In this document: positions 1 to 19,546 of the stretch, one piece after another | How the letters are laid out: the number at the start of each line of letters is the position of its first letter | Numbering within the stretch: position 1 is the first letter of the stretch | Origin: the human T2T-CHM13v2.0 reference genome, Homo sapiens | Length of the DNA stretch: 64,000 bases | Strand: one strand, 5' to 3' | NCBI RefSeq assembly: GCF_009914755.1 | Contig: NC_060925.1 | The notes under the pieces: model-generated | Told to the model about the DNA's origin: nothing | Database searches by the model: none | What the model saw: only the letters and a program-made list of their open reading frames with translations | Program-made: the position numbers and the translations under genes

Positions 1-468
1 GTATCTGTGCTCTCTCCAGCCTCCAGGCCTTCAGCTTGCCATGCTCCTCTGCCTCCTCCCATCCTAGCTCGGGCTATCCTTTGGAGGGCCTTTCCCAAGC
101 CAGGGCAGGGGAGGCTCCTTTCTTTGTGTTTCCACAGCTCCCTGTGAGTCCCTCTGAACCACACTGGCCACACTGTGCTGCTGTCACCTGTCTGTGTGTC
201 TGACTCCCCCAGCAGACTGTGAGCTTCTGGAGAACAGGGGACTCATCTGACCCATCTCTAGGTCCCCAGAGTCCCCTGGCCCTGGGTGAACACTTGTGTC
301 TGTTTGTTGAATGAATGCACAGACAGATGCTAATATGTCAGTCTTCAGGGCTGATGTAATATCCATCTGTAACGAAGACGACTGCAGAGCAGCAAAACAG
401 GGCCCGGAAGAGGGCAGGAGCTTCCCAGACATCCTCGTGTGGTGAAACCAAGGCTTACTGAAATTTCA

Positions 469-855
<387 letters not shown>

Positions 856-1434
856 AATGCAGGGCCTTTCAAGTATTCCGTGCATGTGAAGGAGCAGCCA
901 CAAGGCATTGGGAGGCTCCACCAGAAAAGGCGGTCAAGACAACGTTCATCTGTTATCCACTCTAGACAAGGAGGAAACACAAACGATTTCCATTCCCTGC
1001 TCTCAAGCATCTGGGGGATGCAGGGTCTAAAATGCAAGGCTAAGCATGGTTAGTACTAGAAGAATACTATGGAATAGTATTAACATATGCATAGCACATA
1101 TCTGTAGAATGGGGTTGTAGCACCTAAGAGCTGCTGTGAAGACTATGTGAGTTACCATATAGCAAGTGCTAAGGTCTGAGCCTGGCACACATGAGGTGCT
1201 ACACGTGCTTGATATTATTATACATATATACTACACATGTGCATGCAGTGTGCATTTGTACATATACTCATGTGGAAGAGGATTTGGAAGGATATACACC
1301 AAGCCATAAGATGGGTGTGTCTGGGTAGAATGCCTGTGAGTGTTTTTTCTTTTCTTTTTTTTTTGTCTCTTTCCATCTGCTGATTTTTGGGTAATGAACA
1401 TGTACTGCATTTATAAAAGGAAAAAAAACAATAA

Positions 1435-2330
<896 letters not shown>

Positions 2331-2574
2331 GGAAAGTCGGGGAAGGGTTTAAAAATGCCAGGATGATGAGGAGAAGAGCCATCTGAGCTAGGAAGCAGGA
2401 AGCCATGGGGCATATTTAGTCATGTGACTGTACTGTGAAATTGGAAAGGCGCCTGAGGGTCAGAGGGCATAAGGGCTCCTAAACGTCAAGTACAAGGGTC
2501 TGATGTTCTAAGCAATGGCCGCCCTGGGTAGCTTTGGAGCTGGGCAGGCAGTTTCATTTATAAGTGTCTACTCT

Positions 2575-2977
<403 letters not shown>

Positions 2978-3045
2978 CTATGGGCCGAAACATGAAAACC
3001 ACAGTCAACAGGGATCTCCTGAAGATTTAAGGTGCTGGCACTGAC

Positions 3046-3150
3046 CTGGTTTGGTTTATAGAAGAAATCTCCGAAAGGTCCTCGCCAGAAAGCTGTGTCT
3101 CCTACTCTCCAGGACTCAACATACCGGGACATCAGCCCCATCTGGTAGCA
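3046..3150 (-). CDS. CYB5RL: CYB5RL coding exon 4 (GxxS motif); gene continues beyond position 1
   Basis: CYQMGLMSRYVESWRVGDTAFWRGPFGDFFYKPNQ; acceptor ttccag|, donor |GTCAGT; 105 nt. Confidence 0.93.
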
Positions 3151-3544
3151 CTGGAAGCAAACACAGGGAGACGTCAGCGGGACAGGTACATGCTGCCAAC
3201 ACAAACCAGATTAACCATTAATGTGGAGCCCGTTCTGTATGCTAAGTGCTTCACATGTGTTATCTCATTTAATCGTCCTCCTTATCCTACAAAGTTGGTA
3301 CAGCCATTCCCAATTTTCAGATGAGGCCCAGAAGCTTACACAGAAGGCAGACAGGAGGCTGGGATGAGAATCCATAGGACCTAAAGCCTTCAGCATAGAG
3401 GTCCCAAACCCAAATGCCCACAGGGACCATGCAGGTACCATAAATGAGTGAAGAACTGGGTGATGATTAATGGCAATTAACACACAGTCTCAGCATCAGG
3501 GAGACAATAGGGAGTGATGGGGACTATGATAAATTGGTGAGCGA

Positions 3545-3772
3545 GTGCTCCTTCTAAGGAGGGAAGCCAGTTTGCAGGTTTCAGTCCATAGTTTGTGGGG
3601 CCTAATTGGCCAAATCTATTGATTTTCCAAAAGAGGCACGAAATCCATATTTTTATTTAAAATCTCCCATTTTTGAAATGTCTGCAATTAATTCAAAATT
3701 TTAAAACTCTATGCTGGCCAATACCAAATACATCTATGGGCTAGATTCAGGCCACCCATCTGCAGTCTCTGC
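3545..3772. mobile_element. MER102-like hAT-Charlie fragment
   Basis: aaatctcccattttt...gctggccaaatacc...gggctagattcaggcc resembles the MER102 end (recognised by eye). Confidence 0.45.
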
Positions 3773-4680
3773 ATTATCCTACACCATCTCCTGGCTGGAT
3801 GAAAAATGAAGGTTACAGAAGTGATTCCTCCATGGAGAAGGGAGTCTATATTGCCTGGGTGCCTGTCCACTCTGTGCCAGGCACCATGTTGAGGATGCAG
3901 GCAAGACAGCTAGATCTTAAGCTCCATGAAGGCAGCCAGTGCCTGAACCATGGAAGTAACTTAATAAATACCTGAATGAATGAATCAATCAATCAATCCA
4001 GATTCAGGCTCTCCCCTTAAGGAGCTTACAATCTAGAAGGGACCTAAGTCTCAGACATATACAAGGTAGAGACCATCTAATACCCATGAGAAGAATAAAC
4101 TAGGAATAAACCTGAGAAGGCTGCAGCCACTTCCATGGATGGGATCGAGGATGGCTTCCTGGGGGAGGAAGCATTTGAGTTGGACCTTGAAAGATGGGCA
4201 AGATGGAATTCACTGGGGATGGGAGCAGGGGTGCAGAGAGGACTCTGGACATCAGGTGTAGTATGGTCAGGGGTAGGACAATCTGGGTCATGTTTTGGGA
4301 ATAGCAAGTGAACATGGTAGGGTGAGGGTGAGGGCGAAGCACTGGGAGACAGGACTGGAAGGGTGTTTGGAGTAAGATTATAGCCAGGCTTAACACAGAG
4401 AAAGGGCTTTGGTCCCCAGACCTGTTTTTAAGCACCCATGGCCATCTCTGATATCATCCCTGACTTCCTTGGGCACCACCTGCACAAGGCAACGGAAGTC
4501 CCTGGCTCAACTGGAAGGGGTCTAGTAGGAAAGGTGAGGTTTTTCTCCTGCCTTGCTGGAGGCTGTCTCCATGCACGCTTTGTTTTCTGGCCCCTATCTA
4601 GGGGGAGGCATGACCCCAGCTGTGGCCTTGACAGCACCCAAGAAGAAGGGAAGGATTCTTCCATGTTGTCTTTAGTACCC

Positions 4681-5022
4681 TGATATGGTTTGGCTGTGTC
4701 CCCACCCAAATCTCATCTTGAATTCCCATGTGTTGTGGGAGGGACCCAGTGGGAGGTAAATGAATCATGGGGGCAGGTCTTTCCCATGCTGTTCTTGTGA
4801 TAGTGAATAAGTCTCATGAGATCTGATGGTTTTACAAAGAAGAGTTTCCCCGCACAAGCTCTCTTCTTGTCTGCCGCCATGTGAGATATGCCTTTCACCT
4901 TCTGCCATGATTGTGAGGCCTCCCCAGCCATGTGGAACTGTGAGTCCATTAAACCCCTTTCTTTCATAAATTGCCCATTCTCAGGTATGTCCTTATCAGC
5001 AGCGTGAAAACGGACTAATACA
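4681..5022 (+). mobile_element. THE1 (MaLR, THE1B-like) solo LTR
   Basis: TGATATGGTTTGGCTGTGTCCCCACCCAAATCTC...GGACTAATACA; 5-bp TSD TACCC at 4676-4680 and 5023-5027. Confidence 0.92.
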
Positions 5023-5881
5023 TACCCACACAGAGCCTGGCACAGAGTAAATGTTTAATACATACTTGTTAAACAGAACTGACACTGAACTTTTGTCCTT
5101 CCATTTGGATCATATTACCCAAGAGGCCTTGAGACAAATGATGTCATCTTTTTGAGCTTCAGTTTCTTCATCTGTAAAATGGGAATAATATGACCTACTC
5201 TATAGGTTGGTTATGAGGTTGAAATGAGATAATTAGAATAAAGAGACAGAGGCAGTACCTGGTGCCCAGAAGGTGTCTGAGAAATGGGAGCTTCTCCTTC
5301 CCTTCTACTTGGGAGGGTCAAACGATAAGCCCTGCCTGCCTTCCCAATTTGCAAAGACATTTCTGGCTTTTCCTAGCCAGTGGCTTAGAGATAATTAAGC
5401 ATCTCTCTAAAGAGAGGCTTTCTAGCAAACGAAGGAGAAAATCAGCCTTGCAGCTGGGAGAGATCCAGCTGCCCTGAAGAACTGTCTCCAGGCTTATCCT
5501 TTCCACAGAAACACACCCCGACAAGCAGCCTGGGGAAGCAGGCCATTTGGAGAGGATTTGTGGAATCTCCCAGACAAACAGTTGCATGAAGAAGGGATCC
5601 CATCCAAGCTTATGTGTGGAGGAATAAACACTCGGGCTCAGACGGCAGGTAGGAAGGCGGGAGCTGGAGGCAGTGCTGAGGTCTCGGTGTCAGGGGGCAG
5701 GACTCACCTACTAGCAGCACTTCTTACTAGCTGTGGGGCCTTGGGACCTCTGGGGGACTCCGTTTACTTATCAATGCAATATAGATAATAAGTCATGTCT
5801 TATAACATAGATTAAGGATGTGAACACTATTCTTAAATATTCGTAATGATTCCATTTGGGAAATGATGATCTAGAGCTGTG

Positions 5882-5965
5882 TATTAGGTTGACCCACATG
5901 AAGCTGATGTTTCTTTAAGTCAAAAAAGTTAGAATATCAGCAATTTCATGTAGCTCAACCTAATT
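5882..5965. mobile_element. MADE2-like mariner-derived MITE
   Basis: ~84-bp element with TIRs TATTAGGTTGA...TCAACCTAAT. Confidence 0.75.
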
Positions 5966-6536
5966 ATTCTTTCCACATAATTGGGCCTCCACAACTTCTT
6001 ATATATTTGTTTCCTATTCCTTGGGTCTCCAGGGTGTTTTGCATCCAACCTACTTTGTTCATCTCATATCTGCCAATTCCTCCATCCACCCTGCCTTCTC
6101 CACCAGCACCCTCTCCTCCTGGCTCTCAGGCTGGGTATAGTTCCTAGAAGACTTGTTCTATTTCACCCCTCCCAACCTTTGGTTAACCATCCCCTCAGCC
6201 TAGAATGCCATTTACGGCCACTGCCAATTTGTACTCCTTCTTCAAGGTCCAACTCAAATGCCCCGGTTCTGCCCACCTCCCCTAAGAGGTGATGTTAGGT
6301 TAGTCCTGTCTATAAGCTCCTCCATGTCCTACCTCTTGCCTAATCCTCTCAGATTGCATCCTGCTCCCTTGGCACTCCTTCCTTCTGTTCCAGGACAAAG
6401 GACTTACTTCCCCAATTGCCTTTGTCCATGTTGTTCCCAGCACTGAGTTTCCTTCCCACATTTTCCCTTTAGCTCTCCATTCTTAGACCCATAGCTTCTC
6501 CACGGCATCTTGGAGCATCCTCAAGGGTCAACTCAC

Positions 6537-6624
6537 CTTAATTAACACTTCAAAGTATCCTTCTGCGTTGGCAGGGCTGATGGGCGTATAGGCTCTCTGA
6601 ATTTCTAAGTCATCTACTATCCCT
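6537..6624 (-). CDS. CYB5RL: CYB5RL coding exon 3 (RxYT FAD-binding motif)
   Basis: Not in the ORF track; hand translation (R)GIVDDLEIQRAYTPISPANAEGYFEVLIK; acceptor tttctcag|, donor |GTGAGT; 88 nt restores phase 0. Confidence 0.93.
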
Positions 6625-6677
6625 CTGAGAAACAGAAGTGTGCAGTCAGTCAGCCAGTCATTCAGCAAACCCTTTTA

Positions 6678-6975
<298 letters not shown>

Positions 6976-7786
6976 CTGCAAATCCTTATGAGGTAACTCC
7001 TCTGCCAGGCTGGTGAAAATAAAGGTCCTCACTGAGAGGCAGGCAAGATGCAACAGAAAAAAAAGAGTACTGGGCTCATCCACTGCCACGTGCTGGCTGT
7101 GAGATCCCAGTAGATCATCTCATGCCCCGTGGCCCCTTTTGTAAAATGGGGACAGCTATCTGCATTCCAGTTGTGTGGCTCCTCTGGGACTACAGATGGG
7201 AGAGTGTTTCAAAAAGTGCACTGAGGATGTGAGTTGTTTTGGAGACATGACTGTCATTTTTCCTGACCTCTTCCCGACCACAGAGTGATAAAGACTAAAA
7301 CAACTGCTAACATTTATTAAACACTTACTAGCACCTGACATAAGCATTAGGACTGGAAGGATCCTCAAAGGGCCCTGGTCTAAAGCCCTGTCTCATGCAT
7401 GAATCCTCTCCATGTTACCAAAAACAGGGTCAGGATAACCACCATGAGTCACAGTAATAGCCATGGTGTATTAAATGCATACATGTATCAAGCATTTCAT
7501 ATGCATTATCTCATTTAACTCAAACAACAATCCAAATGAGGAATCCAGTGCTTAGAGAAGGGAAGTCACTTGCACAGCTCAAATTCAATCACAGCTCTAA
7601 CTTCAGAGCTGGGTTCCTCACCACTGTTCTTCAGAGCTTCCCAGAAGCTTCCCTAAGCAGTCTTCTCTCAAGTCCTACTACGTACAAAACTTTCTTCTCT
7701 GAGGTATGCAAAGATTAAATAAGGCCCTGTCTCAATGCACCAAAAGCATGAGAGGGCTGGACAGAAATATTTAATAAATGCATATG

Positions 7787-8231
<445 letters not shown>

Positions 8232-9636
8232 CTAGGAAACCTCCTGGAGGTGGGTGCTGCAGGATAGGCCAGCCACTGACAAGGGCAAATCGGGACAGGA
8301 AGGGTGGTGGGAATGGGGCGTGGAGCAGGAGGCTGAGACCAGGGCAGGGGTGGGTTGGCAAAGGGAGAAGAACATGGTGGGAAAGCAAGCTGGGGCCTTG
8401 GGTTAGGACATCATTACGGAGGCGATGTGGTACCTCAGATACCTTCTGGGGTGCTACATTGCCTCCATGCTGCACCCCACAGTGACATGGTCAGATATGT
8501 GTGTTAGGGATGTCACCGCAGGGACAGAGAGGGTGAAGGAGGGGAGCCAGCCTGGAGGCAGGGAGTTCTGAGCATTCTGGTTCATGGATGGAAGGATGCC
8601 TGGGGCCATGACCTGCCCTGTGGCCCCTCCTGCCCACTGGGATAGTGAACTTCTAGGACTGCTGGCCAGGTCACAGGCCAGAAGGAGCTGGGCACAAACA
8701 CCAGGGGCCAGTGTGAAGCAAGTGGCCAGAGTCTGAGCAGCAGTGAGTGCTCTTCTGGTTTCCACCTTCTCCTCTGGCTGCACCTTGCTTCCTTTGCTGG
8801 CTCCTCCTCCTCTTGCCAATACCGTAGATGCTGGTGTTTCCAGGGTTTGGTCCTGTGCGCCTTTCTCTTTCCATGCACACATTTTCCCAAATGCCACTCA
8901 GCTATGTGCCAATGACTCCCAAACCCATGCCTGCAGCTCAGATCTCTCTACTGAGCCTCAGATTCACAGAGCCAACAGCCTGGCAGACAACTCTACCTGG
9001 ACATCCCAAAGGGTCTTGTCTCTGGGCAGGCAGGGGTGGGGACTGGGGTGGGAGTAGAGTGCCTAAGTAGGCTGGGAGGAAGTAGGAACCTCAGAGGAGT
9101 GGTAAAGAGCATAACTCAGGAGCCAGGCTGTCTGGGTTTAAATCCTGGCTCCGTGACTTATTAGCTATGTAGTGCTGGGCAAGCCCTTTATTCTCAATTC
9201 TATCAATTGGTACTAATCATATTAGGTTCATACCACAAGCTCTAAAGCCACATTGCTTGCCTTCAAATCCTGGCTCCAACATTTCCTAACTGTGTGACCT
9301 TGGCAAGTTTCTGGACCTCTCTTACTTCAATTTCCTCTGGGGTATAACTGCACCTACCACACAGGATTTTGTGAGGGTTAAATGATTTCATGCCTATAAG
9401 CACCCAGAACTGTGCCTTGGATAGTAAATGCTATTAAAGTGATTGTGTTATTATTTATTATGAAAATGCATTATCTAGTTCAATCCCAAGAACTCTCTGA
9501 GTCATGTGTCACTATGTCTATCTTGAAGATGACAAATGGAGGCTTAAGGGAGAGTACGCTAGTTGGTCAAGGCCAGCAGCTAGCAAATAGCAAAGCAGGG
9601 CTGTGAAGCTTTGGTCCTCCCGCTACCTGAGTGTAC

Positions 9637-9785
9637 CGTAGGATGAGGTGCTGGCCGGGCCGCAGGCCAAGCTGGCTGTTCCCGGGTAGAGCAAACCGGA
9701 CACGGTAGGTGTCCTTAGTGAGCCTGTCCATGGCAATGATGCAGAAGGCCACGAAGGTCTCTGGGTTCAGCTTGGAGGGGCAGCT
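9637..9785 (-). CDS. CYB5RL: CYB5RL coding exon 2 (start of FAD-binding FNR-type domain)
   Basis: SCPSKLNPETFVAFCIIAMDRLTKDTYRVRFALPGNSQLGLRPGQHLILR; acceptor ttgcag| at 9786, donor |GTACAC at 9636; 149 nt; frame joins next exon. Confidence 0.93.
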
Positions 9786-11069
9786 CTGCAACAGGAAGAG
9801 ATCCAACAGCTAGAGGCCGGGGCTCCACAGACACACAGGCATCCATAGCATCCTTCCCACTGTCCCGAAGGAGAGGCTGTCTTGGCTCGGGAAGTTTCCT
9901 GTAAACTGGACACTAGCCTCACCTTACTTCCCTTTCAAAATTGGATCTAAGAATGCCAGAGCGCTTTCCTTTGAGCCTATCCTGCTCTTAAGCCTTCCAT
10001 GGCTCCCCTCAGCTCCAGGGTAAAATGCGGGCTCCTTCCTTAGCTGCCCACTCAAAGGCCCTGTGGACGACCCTCATGCCTCATTTTATCTCCCAGGCAT
10101 CTAATGCCAGACTTTTCTTTGTCCTCCCAAGAACACCCTGCTGCCTCCTACTTCTGAGTCTTTATTTGCTCAAGCAGTGCCCTCTTATCCAGAACATTCA
10201 TCTCCAATGTGTAAAAGACATACCCATTCTTCAAAGCTGCTAAAATCCAGATTTGCATAATTTATAAGTTGATGGGACCTCAGAACGTCTAACCCAATAT
10301 CTGTGTATTACATATGTGGAAACTGAGGCCTGAGTTGAGTCATGCTGGCTTACTTGTCCACAATCACACTGTAGACAAAAATTCAAATTCATGTCTAAGT
10401 CTCAGCCCACTGCCTTTAACATTCCACCCCAACCTGCATCTCCTCCAGGAAGCCTTCTCTGAATGCTGTGACTCACAGATCTTTCTTTCCTGTAAAATAC
10501 TCCATTTACTCCTGGGACCCCTCAATCCCAGCTTAGGGCCTGCACCATCCTGCAGCACCAACTCTGGAACCCCAGTTACCCATGGTAGTGCTGACAGTAT
10601 CACTGAGCTGACAGAAATTCTTGGGCTTGGCATTCAAGGCCTTGTCTCCACTGTGCCCCTTCCCACACCCACCATCCAGGATGACCTCTTCATCATCAGC
10701 CAGAGTACCTGGGTACTCTCTGGCACAACTGCCTGGTGCTTTGGAAAGAACACTGGACTGGGAGTCGGGAGAACTGGGTTTAGCCCCAGCTCAGCTGCTG
10801 CCTCCCTGTGGGGCCTTCAGCATATCAATTGATCCTCTGGGTCTCAGTTTCCTAGTCTATAAAAAGGGCCACTCATCCCTGATAACTTTATAGGGTTACC
10901 ATGAGGGTCAGATGAGATACAATGTAAAAAGCATTTTATAAAATATAAGTTACCATGGAAATGTAAAATCTTTTCCTATTATTATTGCTTCATTAAAAGT
11001 TAAAAAAATTGGAATATGCTATTTTATAGGACTGACAAAATGTGTTTGTTTGCATCCATCTGTTTGCAA

Positions 11070-11979
<910 letters not shown>

Positions 11980-12449
11980 TGAGTTTTTTCAGCACTGGTA
12001 CCCTGGCATCTTTATTACCAACCTCCTTGTGCCTAGCACACAGGATATGGTACTTAGTAGATCTTGGAGAAACACATTCATTCATCTGCAAATATTTAAT
12101 GAGTGCCAACTGTAATGCCAGGAACTACTCAAGGTGCTGAGGATAGAACAGTGAGAAAGACAGAGGCCCCTTCTCTTCCAGAACTGATATTTTGGCAAGA
12201 AGATGGACGATATACACATAAGAGTACATCTAGATGGTGTCTGGTAGTCCTGAGTTAGGAAGAGAAATGAAATTTGGGCAGAGATCAGAAAGAAGTGAAG
12301 GGGTGAGCCATGTGGAGATGGAGGGCAGTGAGAAGAAAGAAACAGAGGTTGTCACGAACATTCCCCAGTCACTGGCAGAAGCCAGAGCACTCTAGTCCCC
12401 ATCACCAACTTCCAGTGGCAGAAATACAAGGAGACACTAAATATAAAGT

Positions 12450-13554
<1,105 letters not shown>

Positions 13555-14306
13555 TTACGATGCCAGATGGCATTGAGAGAGGTAGAAATGGGAGACACCT
13601 CTACTCCACATTAGTCAGGAGGGACACAGAAAATGGGAAGACTGTTCAGATGCGGGAGACCAAGACAGGGACAGATTCAAAACAAAACCTATGCACAGTG
13701 TCAGAAGGAATAGGTCCTCAGTTTCCCTATCTGTGTTATACAGGGGGTGAAGTCCAGTGTTCTGACATCTATAACTGTGAACCCTTCCAAACATTACAAT
13801 AAAGGGCTAAACTGCTTAGTCCAGACTATGAAGTCCCGGAGGAGTTAAGGAGGAAGAAGTCAGTAAGGGCCAGAGAAGAAGAAATATCAGCCCTAACATC
13901 CTTTATTTACCTAGAATAAACTATAGCTAGTTTAGTCCATAAGGACAAGGACTGTGTCTGTCATGCTCACTCTCAAATCCTCACTATTTCACAGGGCCTG
14001 GTATATAATAGGTACTCAATAAATATAGTTAAGTGAAATGGATGTCAAGCTCTGTGCTACACATCACAAACATTGAGCCTCATTTTACAGATGGGGAAAC
14101 TAAGGCTTAAACTCTGCCTCAAATCACACAGCTGCTAATAAGTTTGCTTCAGGGCTGGGCTTTGAGCCTAGATCTGTTTGCTTCTGTTATGCATACTCTT
14201 TTCTTCTGCTGTACAGTCAGGGAAGGCTTCCTAGAGGTGTGCTTTGCAGGGCCAAGGCAAGTAGATTGTTGCCCTGGTGCTCATATCGAGAAGCAGCCTC
14301 TCTCAC

Positions 14307-14504
14307 CTGTGACTCTGGCCCACGCAGCAGGCTCCTGTCCTTGCTGGCTTGGGCTGCCTCCCACTTTGCCAGATCTCGGTGATAGAGGTCAAACACACAG
14401 GGTGAGCAGCCACTGCCGCAGCACTGGGAAGGCAAGGGTTCTGTGGGCCGTAGCTGCATCCAGGCTTCCTCAGTGTCGTCGTCCTCTTCCCTCTCAGCCA
14501 TCAT
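14307..14504 (-). CDS. CYB5RL: CYB5RL first coding exon (aa 1-66, oxidoreductase-like Cys-rich N-terminal domain); full exon probably 14307-14603
   Basis: MMAEREEDDDTEEAWMQLRPTEPLPSQCCGSGCSPCVFDLY...ESQ; donor CAG|GTGAGA at 14307/14306; acceptor ttttccctctcccag at 14604/14603; 198 nt, phase 0. Confidence 0.93.
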
Positions 14505-15063
14505 CAGTGGGGCTTGGGCAGCCTAGAAGGAACAACTGGGTGCTCTTCCAGAACAGGCCAGGCTCTATGAGACCACGGGCGCAGGCCCTGCTCCTTGGCC
14601 AGCCTGGGAGAGGGAAAACATGGGGGTTATTCTCTGGTCTCCTCTATTCCTCACATTCTCCAAAGCCTGCAGGTGCCAGGCTCTGTGCAAGCACTGGGGA
14701 TGGAGATGGATCAGCCAAGGAGTGTGCTGTCTGGTGGGGAGCATTAACCACTTACTATCATTGGTTTTAGAAGGACAATCCCTCGTGTGAAGTGAATCTT
14801 TCTTTACTAGAGGAAAGGGTTTGGCTTCAGGAAACCTGGTTCTACTACTCATAAGCTCTATGACTTCAGGAAGGTTTAGCAGGGTGGGACCCCCTTGAGC
14901 ACAGGAGGGTGTCTTATTCCTTTTGTATTCTATCACCAAGCATAGCTTGGCATACGGAAGAAAGGACATAACAATCAGAGCTGGTAACCAAGGTTTCCTG
15001 ATCTGTTCCTGTGCTCTGAGTGCCAGCTGACACTTTATACAGAAAAGTCTCATTGAATTTTAA

Positions 15064-15379
<316 letters not shown>

Positions 15380-16133
15380 CTAAAATGTTTTAAATGATAA
15401 AGTAAAATATATACCTACAACTCAATTACAAAAAATTAATTAAAAATACAAAAGAACACCTGTGTAACTACTACTCAGTCAAGTAAAAAGAATCTTGCCA
15501 GCATTCCAGAAGCCACCTGTGTCCCTTCCTGATAACTGCACTTCCCCAGGTGATAATTATGTCCTTTTTCCCCTAGTTTTGCCACCTTTGTTTGCAATCC
15601 TAACCACTACAGTTCAGCTTTGCCCAGAGTTTCATACAGCTTCTAAAATGGTGGCAACCAGGGTTTTAACTCTGGCATGTCTGGTTTCAAAACATATCGT
15701 TCTTCAATCACAGGAAACAGAAGAAGGTTGTGATGGTCCAGGTGAGATGATATGAGGACTGAGACCTGCAGCTTCAGGCAGAATGAGAAGACAGGGGTCA
15801 ATGAGAGAAATACTGAAGAGGAAATTAACAGAACACTGAGACTGACTAGATGTGAGGGAGTGTGGGGGGACAGAGGGGTAGAAGGGACATCCAACCCCTC
15901 AGATCTGGCTTGGGTTTTGGGTAGACAGAAGGCTCAAGAAGAAGTTGAGTTTTAAGGGAAAGAAGAAGAGAGTTTGGTTTCAGGTATGCTGAGTGCCTGT
16001 GGAGCATCCAAGTACAAAATCCAGTTGTGAGTTGGATTAAACAAGTCTAGATATGAGTCTGGAGATGGAGGGACAGTGAAGAGAGAAAAACAGGTGCAGG
16101 TGAAGGCCTGCCTGGCTTCACTCCCTCCTGTGA

Positions 16134-17001
<868 letters not shown>

Positions 17002-17159
17002 TCATTCAGTTTACAGATACAATCTGGGAGCTAGGTGTTGGGAGGCAACAGAGGTAAACAGGTCATTGTTCCTACCTTCACAGAGCCTCATAGACTACAA
17101 GGTGTTAGATCAACCCAATTCATTTTTATTGCATGCTATGGACCAGGTATGCATTATGA

Positions 17160-17795
<636 letters not shown>

Positions 17796-18849
17796 GATGA
17801 CTGTAGGACTTCTCCACGTTTTAACAGTCCCACTTTCTCTGCTATTTTGGAAATTAGCAGAAAAGTTGGCCACGTCAGTCATGAATTTTAAAGAGTTGGT
17901 TCATGCGTCCTCTGAGCTCTATCTTTTCAGTTCAAGAGGCACCACCTTTAATCCAGGCCTTGACACATGTTGCCTCAGGCTGGATGACTTTTCCCACCCC
18001 GCAGGCCTTGGTTTTAAAGGTCACCTCCCTTCTGAGGTCCTCCCTGAACCTTCCCCTACTCATTCTCTATAAGGCACTCTATTTGTTTCTGTTATACACG
18101 CATTCACTAAACATATTTACTATGTGCCAGGCACTGTTCTCAGTGCTGGGGATATAGCAGTGAAGAAACAGAAACCCTTGCACTCACTGAGCTCATATCT
18201 TAGGGTGAGAAACAGTTATTAAGCAAGATCAGGATGGAAAACAGATGGTACGGTAGTGTGAAATGCTAAAGAGAAAAATAACTACGGAAAAGGGATAGGA
18301 AGTGTGTGTATCGCAGTTGACTTACTTGTTCGCGTTGTTTACCTGCGTTCTGTCTGCATCTCCCACTAAACTGTAAGCTCTACATCTCCCATCTGTCTTA
18401 TTTACCAATGCCAACCGGGGCTCAGCGCAGCGCCTGACACACAGCAGGCAGCTGACAGACAGGTGTTGAGCAAGGAGCAAAGGCGCATCTTCATTGCTCT
18501 GTCCTTGCTTCTAGGAGGCGAATTGGGAAATCCAGAGGGAAAGGAAAAGCGAGGAAAGTGGCTCGCTTTTGGCGCTGGGGAAGAGGTGTACAGTGAGCAG
18601 TCACGCTCAGAGCTGGCTTGGGGGACACTCTCACGCTCAGGAGAGGGACAGAGCGACAGAGGCGCTCGCAGCAGCGCGCTGTACAGGTGCAACAGCTTAG
18701 GCATTTCTATCCCTATTTTTACAGCGAGGGACACTGGGCCTCAGAAAGGGAAGTGCCTTCCCAAGCTCCAACTGCTCATAAGCAGTCAACCTTGTCTAAG
18801 TCCAGGTCTGAAGTCCTGGAGCGATTCTCCACCCACCACGACCACTCAC

Positions 18850-18990
18850 CTACTCGCCTGCGCTTCACCTCACGTGAGGATTTTCCAGGTTCCTCCCAGT
18901 CTCTGGGTAGGCGGGGAGCGCTTAGCAGGTATCACCTATAAGAAAATGAGAATGGGTTGGGGGCCGGTGCAAGACAAGAATATCCTGACT
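18850..18990 (-). other. CYB5RL: Probable CYB5RL non-coding first exon (5' end approximate)
   Basis: Strong minus-strand donor AGG|GTGAGT-type site (actcac 18844-18849) inside the CpG island, facing away from MRPL37. Confidence 0.55.
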
Positions 18991-19102
18991 GTGATTGGTT
19001 GAATTGGCTGCCATTCCCAAAACGAGCTTTGGCGCCCGGTCTCATTCGTTCCCAGCAGGCCCTGCGCGCGGCAACATGGCGGGGTCCAGGTGGAGGTCTT
19101 GA

Positions 19103-19546
<444 letters not shown>

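Noticed and set aside
4919-4931. PRDM9 hotspot motif in the THE1 LTR
   Set aside because: The sequence is CCTCCCCAGCCAT, which misses two key positions of CCNCCNTNNCCNC, so it is the non-hot version.
14144-14770. 208-aa plus-strand ORF, and similar long ORFs at 18463-19002, 47610-48257 and 44557-45165
   Set aside because: They overlap real exons, the promoter or a UTR in GC-rich DNA, with no domain or splice support.
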